Of a DNA stretch of 64,000 nucleotides, positions 25,134 to 37,254 are shown in pieces (position 1 is the first letter of the stretch; each line of letters begins with the position of its first letter). Below the pieces are notes generated by a model, which worked only from the letters and a program-made list of their open reading frames with translations, searched no databases and was not told where the DNA came from. Position numbers and translations under genes: made by a program. The DNA is from Balanoglossus misakiensis (Eukaryota > Animalia > Hemichordata): assembly GCA_040954595.2 (NCBI GenBank), contig CM082580.2, positions 2,780,783 through 2,844,782 on the forward strand, written 5' to 3'.

Positions 25134-26551
25134 ATTGGTTGACAGCCAGCAATAAAAGAGGCTGCGAGCAAAAAATCTCACTTCAATGGAATATTGATGA
25201 AATGTTACTCCAGATGTGAAAGCACTAATGTAAAACTATGCATGCTGGCTACAACAGCAATTTTCTACATTCCTGTACCATTAGAGCATTGTGAAAAAAT
25301 GCCGTATCTGTGACAAGGCAGTTGGGAAATGATGTAAATCTATAAATTCACAGAGAGTGAGACCTGAATTAAATGATTTTCGTGGTCATGCTTTCCATTA
25401 TGCTAAACTTAAGAGAACTGTTCAATTTCAGTTTAATGTGAATTTCCGTACTTACAAAATTGACATATATGTATATGTATACTTTATGTAGAAAACTCAA
25501 CGAACTATTTGTGACTTTTCTGTAAGGGAGAAAGGTGTCCTTATTGTAGCTTTTTTGGCTATGGGGAAATGTTTCTATTTCATTATGATACTCAATCGAA
25601 TCATCCTCCTTTTTTCTTGCATATCAATATAACACATTTGTACTTCAGTGACAGAATTTCTCGTATTAAACCAAAGAATATGTTGGTGAAACATTCATAT
25701 GTGTAGACCTGAGATATCTTACCGGTAAAGGGACAGAGTTTCCCAGTTTTTGGAATTATTTTGGTTAATTTAGTTTCTTTTGAAATGCTATTGATGTTGG
25801 TCTCCTCACTGAAATATACTTCTTTAACAATTCAACTCTCACCCTGTGCATGGCTGTAATGTGTGAATTCTTCTTTTAAAAATATTGGTACAACAGAAAT
25901 TTATGTGGAAGTATTGTAACATGCATTGTGCCCATGTAAGGGTATGGGTTGAGCTGTGACAACAAGTAATTGAACCCATTTCAGTGACCAGAACAATCCA
26001 ACTAATTTTTCACAAGAAATAACTGAAATAATGTCAAAAATTAGTGACTTTGTCAGTTAAAAGATAACAATTTAACCGGCGCATATGACATTGCTTTTAT
26101 TGGTGGTTATTTTTATAAGCTCCTCACTGGTGAAGCGACAAGGTCTAGAATCAAGACTAGAGTCAGATTTAACATCATGTAGTTTATGAAATATAAGGCC
26201 GTGCAAAATTTCATGAAATGACAATAGAAGTGGGTTTTCCAGCAATTCTCAGTCTGCCAAAGGTTCATTTGCATTGCAACTTTCCATCAAGATGTCAATC
26301 CAGCTATTTTTAATATATGTTCATTGTGTGTAGTGAAAACAACATTTTATTGTATGAGGCTTTACAGTATATTGTGATCTCATTACATAACATTTTAATA
26401 TGTTCCTGTTATGATAAAATGAACACAGCTGACAAGACAAGATGACTAAATTAATGTTTTGGGGACAGTTGAGTTTCTAGAAAATGGAAGTAAGCACTCT
26501 GGCAATATGCAACACACCAGCGCCCACATTTATTGAGATTGTCCCTATTAA

Positions 26552-26897
26552 AGGGACAAAGCCTCTCTCCAGCTGCCCTTTTCCATTAACTATGTTTGAT
26601 ACAAGACACTGGTTATGTTAATGTAAATCTGGATATATAGTGAATTAATGATCAACCACACAAAACTTCCATCCCACTTGTATGATATGAGAGTAAAAAC
26701 TCGCCCAAAATGAATAAATGGTAAAGAACGATTATTCATTTTGGCGAGTTTTTTCACTCTCCTGTCTATAAGAGGGATGGAAGTTGTGTGTGGTTGAATG
26801 TTCATTTACTATATATCCACATGTAGAATAACAAACGGTGTCTTGTATCAAACATAATTAATGGAAAAAAGGGCAGCGAGAGAGAGACTTTGTCTCT
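26552..26897. mobile_element. TTAA MITE family A, full copy
   Basis: TTAA|AGGGACAAAG ... CTTTGTCTCT|TTAA. Confidence 0.9.
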
Positions 26898-27289
26898 TTA
26901 ACAATTCAAACATTCACTGTGGATCAATTTTGCTTTCAAACCTTAGTGCAATTTGATTTCCACCCTTTTGACTTCTAATAAACAAACTTTTGGTGAAACC
27001 TCAAACAATAACAGCCAAGCCCTTACTTGCACTGTGCAAAAATTCATTGCTTTAATACTGAACATAAAAGGTATGATTATTATAGAACAATTTGTAAAAC
27101 AAAATGGCCGCTGTCAGACCTTTGATCAGCCACTGATTGGCTGATCTGCCATGCGTTTCGATAAATTCCATAGATGAAAACTAACAGTAGTGTTTTAGTA
27201 AACGCAAGTTACTCAAATTGAAAAACACTTTTCTGGTTATTGGATGTTCAAAAATTATAAGACTTTCTGCTGGAAGGATGGTACAGTCC

Positions 27290-27755
27290 CCAATGCTCAG
27301 TGACTGTGTTGGATTTTGAGAACGGCTGAAACAAGATCTGACATGAAGGATCTCAGTCTTGCCATCATTCAGTTTTCATTTATTTGAAGTCATCCACCCC
27401 TTGATGTCTAACAGACAGTCCTCAATCTGAGATGTAGGCATTGATGTTTCTCTTCTGGTGAATGCCAGGTAAAGTTGGCTGTCATCTGCATGTCGTATAA
27501 GTTGTCCTAGAGGTGCTATGTTGAGTGAGAAGAATAGAGGACCGAGCACAGAACCTTTGGGGTACACTGAATGGGAGTTCAGTTGGCATGGGATCGAGTG
27601 ATAGCTTTCAATGACAATTGATTGTGACCTGCTGGCTGGATATGACGAGGACAAATGGAGGGCTGTGCCATGTATGCCAAATTCAGACAAGCGTGTGATG
27701 AGAATATTATGGTCTATGGAGTCGAAGGCCGCAGATAAATCCAGCAAAACTAAGA
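27290..27755 (-). mobile_element. LINE (CR1/L2 group) reverse transcriptase fragment
   Basis: LLDLSAAFDSIDHNIL, PKGSVLGPL, HADDSQLY, WMTSNK; degenerate. Confidence 0.85.
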
Positions 27756-28599
27756 TAAAAAGGGGGGGGGGGGGGTCAACCGGCCAGATTTTTTGGAACA
27801 GCGCCCTCTATCAAACTTTGTACAATCATAAATCATTATATTTGGAGGTTTGTTCACCATAATAGAATCTACACATATTTTATTTCAAGCAATTTTGAGG
27901 TTTTCTCTTGATAATTATGATTGATAATTACATAGTATATTCATCGACCAAAGAGGATTTGTTTACAAGTTTAAAGTAGTCCCGACTGATGATATCAGAA
28001 GTATGGTAATAAAGTTTGCACCATATTACCCTAGTGATATCATACCATGGTAATAAGCAGAGCTATCTATGTGATAATGAATAATTATATACATCTTCTA
28101 TCACTTACAACATAAATCAGTGTGCACTGTCTTTTCCATAACAATTTGAGGACAATTTTGAGATGACTTTATACATATATATATTTATTCACATAAAAAA
28201 AAGCCACCGGCCCAAACGTATATACATGTACATCACAGAAAAAAAGTTACATCACTGAAGATGACTTTATGAGTGTTATTTAATGCTTTATTGATATTTG
28301 TCTACAACTATTTTGGGTTTTAATATTTCTTCTCATCTTCAGTATGTATGTACCCATATAATAATATTAAATCACCGATTGAGATAAAAACTAAGAGGCA
28401 GTTTTAGATCATTTTGTTTAAATGACCATCTGTTATGCAAGGCAAGTTATATTTACTGGAGGAAGACTTTTCCTTTTAAGATGTAAATCAAATACTGACA
28501 GTTGACAAATGAATAAATACACAAAGAAAACTTTAAATTGTTAAATAGTTTTTTGGTGGAAACGATTAATTAAAGTAGAAATTGCAATAAATATGGGGG

Positions 28600-28870
28600 T
28601 CACACACACACCATTAAGACGGTTCTGAAGCATCTCAGATCAGATACCGTCTTTAAAAAAACGTGTGTGGACAGTGTAAGTGGTCCTGAAATGTCTTAGA
28701 TTTGAGACGGCTTTGCCGGCCCTACCTGAGCTGGTGTAAGAATTAACACCTCTCCATAACCCTTCGTCTATTGGGCCGAGCCTCAGCGCCTATACATAAA
28801 ATTTGTGTATGTGGACACAACGCGACTCAAAGGATTAATGCTCTGTGTTTACCATAGGCAAATAGTGTCT
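28600..28870. repeat. Interspersed repeat; inverted homologue at about 51705-51935
   Basis: GACTCAAAGGATTAATGCTCTGTGTTT and TCTTAGATTTGAGACGGCTTTGCCGGCC match the reverse complement of 51740-51860. Confidence 0.65.
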
Positions 28871-28993
28871 CAAATTTTTCCCTGTGTGAACCTTATATAA
28901 AATATGTTGTCATAAACCTCATAAGTTACTTAACTTGCATATATCTCCTAAAACAGGATGGGTATACAAGGAGTGGACACTCACTAACATACA

Positions 28994-30562
28994 CTAGTTT
29001 GCAAAACCACTATCAATACTTTCTTGTATTCCATCATCATCATCATCATCCTCATCATTTTTACCCTGCTGAAGCAGTACCAGGTCAGTCTTAATCTGTC
29101 CTAATAAAGATGAACAAGCTGCAATGTTGCTGGAATTTTGATGATCAGGCTGTTGCAGTTCTGCGTTCAGGGTAATGCCACTGACTTCGTGGTCATACAA
29201 TTTGGGGGACTGTGTTTTACCACCGTCTGCGCCAGTCAATAAAAGCTCTGCGATCTCATTTAACTGGACATCTGGTTCCTCTGATTGTCTCACAGGATTT
29301 GATTGTCTCCTTTTTCGATCAGCTTCTCCAAAACTCTCTCGTACTTTCTGGTCATACATTTGAACAATGCTTTGTACCTTGCTGCCTCTAACAACTGTGG
29401 CGCTGGCACTCCTGGCTGTATCAACACTGAATTCATTGCGGACGTCATCATCTCCATGTACTGATGTACCAGACTGTGCATAATCACCAGCTTTTGCTGT
29501 GTCATCCCTACTATCCTCCTCAGAACTGTGGTGACCAGTTGTATCATGTTCTGAATGGAGAATTTCCGGATAGATAGTTTTCACAAAATCACTAGAATGG
29601 GCGTCTTCGTCGTGTTTCAAGTCAACAAAGACTTCATGTGGCTCAATATCTGTTAAAGGCTCAGTATCTCTCTGTGTAAATACAGTGCTTTGTTCAATAC
29701 TGTCACTGACCACTGACGACTCTGACATTTTCACTATGTCTGACTTTTTCTCTTCTTTGGGAGTTTTGGTGTTAGCGCCAATTTCACAATCCGCATCAAC
29801 AATTAAAATATCATTATCTGGAAGATAAACCGGCTTGTGGAGAAAAGAGCCGTCCCCCTCCACCGGTTTGTCTTGTCCAACATTATCACACTCTGTTACA
29901 ACGTCATACATGTATCCTGGCACAGGGTGATCGTAGCTGTCCGGGGCAACACTTGCCTGATTATTCACGTGTGCGACCTGCGGTGATTGGGGAGAACCAC
30001 GCGTTTCTAATATCCAGTTACTTTCCGATGCATCTGAGTTTTGTACGGAGAGATTATCATAATCCTCGTGTGCATCATCCTCTGCTCGAATCACAGATTC
30101 TAAGAATTCTATAGTCAATTTCTCATCGTATGTCAAATCTTTCAGAGAGTCACTGTCGGATTTCTTGCCAGCAATGACGCCAATGACCTGCTGTCTTAAG
30201 TCTGTTATTGCCTCGTTCACTTCAATCTGGCGCAATTCCTGTGCTGTCTCTGTGGATGGAAACAGACTTTGGGGTGCACTGTCTAGATCTGCCTTTGTAT
30301 TGCTCAGATATTTCTTATAAAAATCCAATCCATGGTACGCCCAGAAGGGATGAACATCAGCTGAACTCTCTAGATGAGAAGGCGGTCCATTATAAGACAT
30401 TTCTGGGTCTTTGTTTTTCTTGATAGATCCAATGAAATCCTGTGATGTCTGCACAGATTTGATGAAATATTCTGGGGGGTTGTGGACTGACTGCATATAA
30501 TCATTTGAAGTTAGAAGAGTCAGTCGTGGCAGATCTTGTGATCGAGAACTGGTACAACCCAT
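28994..30562 (-). CDS. Uncharacterised acidic, largely disordered 522-aa protein with N-terminal MGC (myristoylation/palmitoylation) motif
   Basis: Long ORF starting MGCTSSRS. A strong splice acceptor (polypyrimidine + TAG at 30609-30630, minus) lies 46 nt upstream of the ATG. Candidate 5' UTR donors near 32806 and 34671. Confidence 0.75.
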   Translation of the reverse strand: MGCTSSRSQDLPRLTLLTSNDYMQSVHNPPEYFIKSVQTSQDFIGSIKKNKDPEMSYNGPPSHLESSADVHPFWAYHGLDFYKKYLSNTKADLDSAPQSLFPSTETAQELRQIEVNEAITDLRQQVIGVIAGKKSDSDSLKDLTYDEKLTIEFLESVIRAEDDAHEDYDNLSVQNSDASESNWILETRGSPQSPQVAHVNNQASVAPDSYDHPVPGYMYDVVTECDNVGQDKPVEGDGSFLHKPVYLPDNDILIVDADCEIGANTKTPKEEKKSDIVKMSESSVVSDSIEQSTVFTQRDTEPLTDIEPHEVFVDLKHDEDAHSSDFVKTIYPEILHSEHDTTGHHSSEEDSRDDTAKAGDYAQSGTSVHGDDDVRNEFSVDTARSASATVVRGSKVQSIVQMYDQKVRESFGEADRKRRQSNPVRQSEEPDVQLNEIAELLLTGADGGKTQSPKLYDHEVSGITLNAELQQPDHQNSSNIAACSSLLGQIKTDLVLLQQGKNDEDDDDDDGIQESIDSGFAN

Positions 30563-30789
30563 ATTGTTTTTTGGTTACTGGTCAATACAGCACAATATCT
30601 TCTTGACCCTAGGAGAGAGAAAAAAAAAGTACATTAAAGTAGAGACATTGAAATTCAAACTCAAGGACTGAACTCTACCCAGGACTTAATCCCCGGCTGC
30701 CACAAACGCTTATAATTCTGTAGCCAATTAAGGTAGTGAATCAGATTTGTTTGATTTTGTTTACAACATTGTTACCCTGCAGCTCGTGT

Positions 30790-31050
30790 GAGGATCCCCG
30801 GTCCTTGGTATGTGAGATTCTATTTCTCACACGACAAAAATAGTCAAATTCGCATTAGAAACATTGAATAATTGACTGTAAATGTCGTCCCGTACATTGG
30901 AGTTTCTGTCCATGTATAACACTTTTAAACGTTTTGTCATCCAATCAGCGCTCGCGTCACATAGAGCTTTCGATTCTACAAGAGTGTGGGATCGATTTAT
31001 CCCACACTCTCGATCGAACACTCCCAGCGGCCAGAAGTGAGAATATTGGT
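30790..31050. repeat. Interspersed repeat family (copies at about 34340-34450 and 35480-35900, the latter internally palindromic)
   Basis: Shared GGTCCTTGGTRTGTGAG..ATTTCTCACAC..AAACATTGAATAA..CATCCARTCAGCGCTC. Confidence 0.7.
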
Positions 31051-31427
31051 TCTAAGTATCTTGTAGAATGTGTTTTGCAAAATTGAACAAGTTGGCAAAA
31101 CTCCAAGAGAGCAAGAGTGACTGACATACATGTAATGCTTGGCTAATTACATGCCATATACAACCACGTGTTGATCAAAGTGCTTATAAATCCATGATTA
31201 TGACGTGTTCCACCAAGGTCTGTTTTAGGAGAACATCAGTCTGCCAGGACAATTAAGCCTGAGACCTTGGCAAGTGAAGGTGAGCAATACGCCCAAATCA
31301 AGTGTATCCTTGAACTTGTAAATATTGCTGGTTACATTCCTCTCAGGAGTGGACATACAACTAAAGTTATCTTAATCTGATTTGGCCATCTTTAATTTGT
31401 AATAACATACACCTAATGTGCCTTTAA

Positions 31428-31777
31428 AGCGACAAAGTCACTCTCTCGCCGCCCTTTTTCCATTAATTATGTTTGATACAAGATACCGGTTGTTATTCTA
31501 CATGTGGATATATAGTGAATCAACATTCAACCACACATAACTTTCATCCCACTTGTAGACACAAGAGTGAAAAACTTGCCATAATGAATAATCGGTCTCT
31601 ACCGTTTATTCATTTTGGCAGGATTTTTACTCTAATATCCTACAAACGGGATGAAAGTTGTGTGTGGTCAAAATGTTGATTCACTGACTATATATCCACA
31701 TGTACATTAACATAAACATTGTCTTGTATCAAACATAATTAATGGAAAAAGGGTAGTGGGAGAGAGACTTTGTCCCT
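31428..31777. mobile_element. TTAA MITE family A, full copy
   Basis: TTAA|AGCGACAAAG ... CTTTGTCCCT|TTAA. Confidence 0.9.
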
Positions 31778-33231
31778 TTAATAGAGAATGCAATTAGTCT
31801 GCAGCATTCTGCAAAAGTTTGGTGCTGAAAAATGTCCCCTTGAGGCTGAAATGCAGTTTTCTCTGGAATAAAATGTAGCATGCGGACTGCTGTAGTGTTC
31901 TTTGGAAAACACACATGGAATATTATAAACTCTCCCCCCCCCCCCCAATTTAGTAACCCTAAAACCTACCAGCATGCAGACTACGTGTAGAAACATTTTA
32001 AAAAGGTGTCTTAAACATTGCATAGCAGAGAACCAATTTTCTTTTCAAGGTTTTGACAGTCATCTACGGAAATTCCCCCGCAGCTTTTGAAGTGTCACAC
32101 AGCTGTTTTTGCATCTGTATAACAGAGCGAGATCCTGCAAGGCCAGATTTCTGAAGTTGTGCCACAAAAAATTTACATATTATATAATTACCGTGAACTA
32201 CATTATACTATCTGGTCATGAATATGGGTTGGGCGTATATAACTATTTTGTGTGACACTAGCTGCTGTGTAATTTTGCTGCTTATAGCACTGTGTACAAC
32301 CGAATATTGGCTAATGGCAAAGTTTAAAGTCTTTCGGTGTCTTAGGAAACACCCCTGTACATGTGTATGTTCTATGTTTTTGACTGGATTTTGTACATAC
32401 CTGATTTCTAATTATCAAACAGGCACTACATACCAATTCAGGGTGTCACACTTGTATTAGTAGAGCAAAGGAAGACTTTCGGCTAGACACTGCGTTCCCT
32501 TGAAGTCGAACAATTTGCACACATTCTCGAAGTAATATCGTCATCTGAACACTGACACCACACGCATCAAGACTTCACAAGCATAACATTCTACATCCCT
32601 CTAGTAGTACTGACACTGATCGAAATGAAAGCACAATCGTAACTACTGTCTGAAAAGTATGTCAACCTCCAAATTCCTACAGAGGAAAATCTCCTTGGGA
32701 GTGGTAGGTCATGTCAAAACAAGTCAAAGTGTATGGTACACCCAATGGACTGTTGAATACTAATTAATCACATCCAGTTAATTTGCATGGCACAAAAATA
32801 CCTCACCATTGTGGATGGGAACAAAGCAACAACAAAGAGCAGCTCACTGGCATGGATAGGATATCAACTTAATACTATTTACTTAATACACTGGGCGAAC
32901 AAATCTGAAAATTGTCAGAGATTTGTTCATAGCTCACAGTTGTGTGTAAACTTGGAGATCGAGTTCCCAACAAATACCATACCTTAGTGTTATTTAGTCA
33001 AATGAACCATAGAAAAGTCTAGCCAATCACAGATTTTCAGTGGATGGTCACACAAATAAGTGCACTGTCACATGGTCATTTTCAAAGACTTAGACACACC
33101 ATTTTGACCATAAATGGGCATATAATTTAGAGGTGATACATTCGTTAAGCCATCCAGAACACGTCCTTTCTTGAAATAGTCTGGACAAAATACTAACGAC
33201 AAAATATACATCATGGCACCAAAATGCTTAA

Positions 33232-33577
33232 AGGGACGAAGTCTCTCTCTCACTACCCTTTTTCCATTAATTCAGTCTGTTACAAGACACTGTTCATGTT
33301 ATTCTACGTGTGGATATACAGTGAATCAAGGTTCAACCACACACAACTTTCGTCCCATTTTGAGGATATGAGAGTAAAAATCTCACCAAAATGAATAATC
33401 GGTCTTTACCATTTATTCATTTTGGACAAGTTTTTACTCTCATACTAGTATCATACAAGCGGGATGGAAGTTGTGTGTGGTTGAACGTTGATTCACTACA
33501 TATACACATGTACATTAACGGTGTCTTGTATCAAACATAATTAATGGAAAAAGGGCAGCGAGAGAGACTTAGTCCCT
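33232..33577. mobile_element. TTAA MITE family A, full copy
   Basis: TTAA|AGGGACGAAG ... CTTAGTCCCT|TTAA. Confidence 0.9.
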
Positions 33578-34070
33578 TTAAAAGAGGATGATTCAATAAT
33601 CACTGTGGCACATGATTATATTTTACAAGTCGTGTAGTGACTCACGAAGATATGGTCACTATACTAAATTACCTCAGAAGTACTATTTAAGCCCCAATAT
33701 CTGCCACTTGTTGCATACATTTATAATTGATAAAATACTTTTATCTTCTCATCATCATAAGTCGACAGACATTTTTTCTGAATTTATGGAGATCCTAATA
33801 TAGAATTGAATTGAATAAACACAATGCATTTATTCTTTATAATTTTGCCACAATCATAAATGTTACCAAGAATATTGTATGAAGATTCCATGTTTAATAC
33901 TTTTGGAGGAGAATGGATCGCCATCAAACAGAAAGGAAGCCCTACAAATGCACTGGCTGCCAAGAGTCTTTGATCACTCATTCAATGAGCTGGGTCACTT
34001 TCTAGAACATGTTCCCAGTGAGTTCACCTTCTGATATCAACAAGGTCAGGGTTAGAGTCTCACATCAACG

Positions 34071-34189
34071 TAGCTGCAATGATTGTAGCGGGTGCGGCTA
34101 GGTTGAGTCATGGAGGTACTCCATGGTTGAGTGGTGTGTTCGAACACACCCAATCAACCTAGCAGCACCTGCTACAATCATTGCAGCTA
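34071..34189. mobile_element. TAG..CTA mini-element with perfect 9-bp TSD (AcademH-like)
   Basis: ACATCAACG|TAGCTGCAATGATTGTAGC ... GCTACAATCATTGCAGCTA|ACATCAACG. Confidence 0.88.
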
Positions 34190-36216
34190 ACATCAACGTG
34201 TTGGTTGAGAGTCTTTATCTTAAAGTCCAGTTCTATCACAATAACAACAACAGTTCTGAAATTTTCTGTACACACGTACAGAAGTCATAATTTCCCATAA
34301 ACAAGTAATGACAGTCAGGTAGTTGTTTATTGACACTGAAATATCTCACACACCAAGGACCTGGGATAAAATTTCTCACAATATTTCTCAAAACATCCCC
34401 AACAAGTGTGAGAACTATGATCCCAGGTCCTTGGGAGTGTGAAATTCTATTATAGTGCTGCCCCATTCACGTGGGAATGGGATAGGGGACCAGACTCGGG
34501 TAGGGATTAAAATGGCTTCTTTCCGGTTGCACCACGCACATAATTACTTTTACTTAAAAACTAGTGAATATTTGCTAAATCTATAGATAATCCGGTCGAC
34601 ATTTGGTTTTACAACGACTGTGCTTTTAAATTGTCTCTGAATTGAAGAATAACACAATGTACACTACTCACCTACTGTCGGCAAAGAGTTTGGACTATCA
34701 ACTGAGGTCATGTCAGTCCACATACGTACGCATTACATATGTACGTACGACATCGGCGACCTGTGGGATCCTGTCCGATCTGATCTTGTCAACGATCGCG
34801 ACCTGGAGGCTGCAAAATTATAGATATTTGACCATATCGTTCAAACAAACACGGCTTACGCCATGAATCTAGTTGTAACTGAATTAAACAACAAAATGTT
34901 CGGAGCTTATATTTTCTGTGTACGCTTTTCTGTTTTCTCTGTGTGCATTGCAGAGAACGTCATCTATTGGTGCGTAGACAACTGTGACGTCATCTTAAAT
35001 TGCTGCTTTACGTTCGCGAAGCCAGTGTCCATATATCTCCAGCTCTCAGCCATGTTTTGATATTCGAAACTTCATTTATGGTGACCTTAGGTGAAAGGCA
35101 AGTTGGAAATTCAACCTGTTTGTGCCCATCGAAACATCAGTAACCCATTCAGGTATGGAATACTAATAGTAATGTCGTGAAGGCAGTAATCTCCAACCGT
35201 CTGCTATTGGTAATACCAGTAGTACATAAACCCAATGACAATGTCAATGACTTATAATACACCTGCACCTCAACTCGACCCAGTGAGAGATCTGGTATTA
35301 GATTCGTCGTTTTTTGTGTGTGTGGAAGACGTGTGCGTAGGGTGGCACTGATCTGTCATACAACTACCCACGGTACAGGGCGGTGACCTACCCATCACTC
35401 AGCCTGTAGTATTGTCATGGCATTAAAGTCACATCTGCTGAGTAATGTATCTGCATATTTCATAGAAAAGTTAGAATAATACAATCTCACACACCAAAGG
35501 ACCTGGGATCATATTTCTCACATGAGGTGGGGATTTTTGTCCCACAGAAGCCACAGGAGAGTGTGGGACAAAATATCCCCTCCGAGTGTGAGAAATGTGA
35601 TCCCTGCAGGTCCTTGGTGTGTGAGGTTATATTTCTCACACAGTCACAAATTAGAGTCAAATTATTCGTATTAAAAACATTGAATAAATGACTCTGGAAC
35701 TGTCATCTGGCATGTTGTAGTTTCTGTTGGTGTAATACACATTGCACCATTTGATAACATTAAGCGTACGTTATTAAGGAACGTTCTGTCATCCAGTCAG
35801 CGCTCCCATCATATGTAGCTTTTGATTCTGTGAGAGTTTGGGATTGATTTGTTCTCACACTCTGATCCCACACTCTCAGCATGCCAGGAGTGTGCAAAAG
35901 ATATGTCACAGCACACTTAAAGGTACAAAGTCTCTCTCTCTCTCTGCCCCTTTTCCATTATTTGTTGCAAGACACTGTTATGTTATTCTACATATAGTGA
36001 ATCAATGTTCGACCACACACAACATCCATCCCGTATGTAGGATATGAGAGTTAAAATCTCGCCAAAATGAATAAATGGTAAACACCGAGTATTAATTTTG
36101 GCGAGTTTTTCACTCTTGTCAATGTGTATACAAGTGAGATGGAACTTGTGTGTGGTGGAACGTTGATTCACTATATATCCACATGTAGAATAACATAAAT
36201 GGGATCTGGGACGAGG

Positions 36217-36687
36217 ATGCACAGTCAGTAGCTCGATTTTGCCAGGTATGTGTGTTGTACAGCAAAACAGAGCTACAGATCCAACCAATCTGAACAACGA
36301 GTGATCATTTTTTAATCTCACTATTAAGCAAGATTACTAGTGTATCACAAGTTTCCTCTATGTATTGGCTGAGAACTCATTATGACATTCATTAAAAGAT
36401 GGCAGCATCTGCGCACAAAAACGGACAGTGATCACACATAGAAAACTTGTGATATTCGAGTGATCTCGCTAAACAGTGAGATTAAAAAACAGTTTAGGTG
36501 CAAAACTTGAATCTGAAAGCAAATCGGCAAGAAAACAGGGGTTAGAGTACGCAGAAAAACTTGATGCGAGCGAATCGGATGGCGTTCGGTCCACAATGCA
36601 CTTTCAGATTGGATGGATCTGTAGCTCTGTTTTGCCGTACAACACACAAGTCAAACCTGGCAAAATGGAGCCACTGAACTGCAACTA
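36217..36687. mobile_element. Inverted-repeat element (about 75-bp imperfect arms)
   Basis: CAAAACAGAGCTACAGATCCAACCAATCTGAA pairs with TTCAGATTGGATGGATCTGTAGCTCTGTTTTG; right end ..CTGAACTGCAACTA. Confidence 0.7.
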
Positions 36688-37254
36688 AGTCAGCGCGTGA
36701 TTCCTGAACACTTAAAAGAACTCACTAGTGTGACTTATATACCCCCGGTATGTACCCTCAAGTGTTATAGTGACTTGCCAAGTTACCAGAGAAGTAAACG
36801 TGTAGAGTATTGGTTATACAAGCTGCAGGCATCCAATTGTCACTTTCCCCATAACTTAGTTCACCACCAAGTCAACCAGAATGTCGTCGAGGAACACAGC
36901 CACACGAACAAATCTGAGCCAGAGTGCTGATTTTGTTATTTGTCTGTTTGTTTGTTTGTTTACAAATACATACATAGTGTTTACACCAAAAAAGTCTCGG
37001 TTACCCAGACTTTTCTGGGTGCTTCCGCTGCACCACAGAGGGAGAGAGAGTCTGGGGAAATACATGTACCATAAAACATTTTGCCAGCTCGGGAACTGGC
37101 TGAGGAATAATTAAAAATGTGAAATAAACCATGGCCTTTTCTGGCAAAGCTGAAAGTGTTACCGAAAAGAGGCCCTGGTTTTATACGATGCTGATTTTAT
37201 GATGATTGGTATTTTTATGATTTTGTTGAAGGTAAAGTACCACTGATGCAGAAG

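Noticed and set aside
28614-28656. TTAA-flanked 35-bp hairpin as a mini Kolobok
   Set aside because: It lies inside a larger repeat with a homologue near 51900, so it is probably an internal hairpin.
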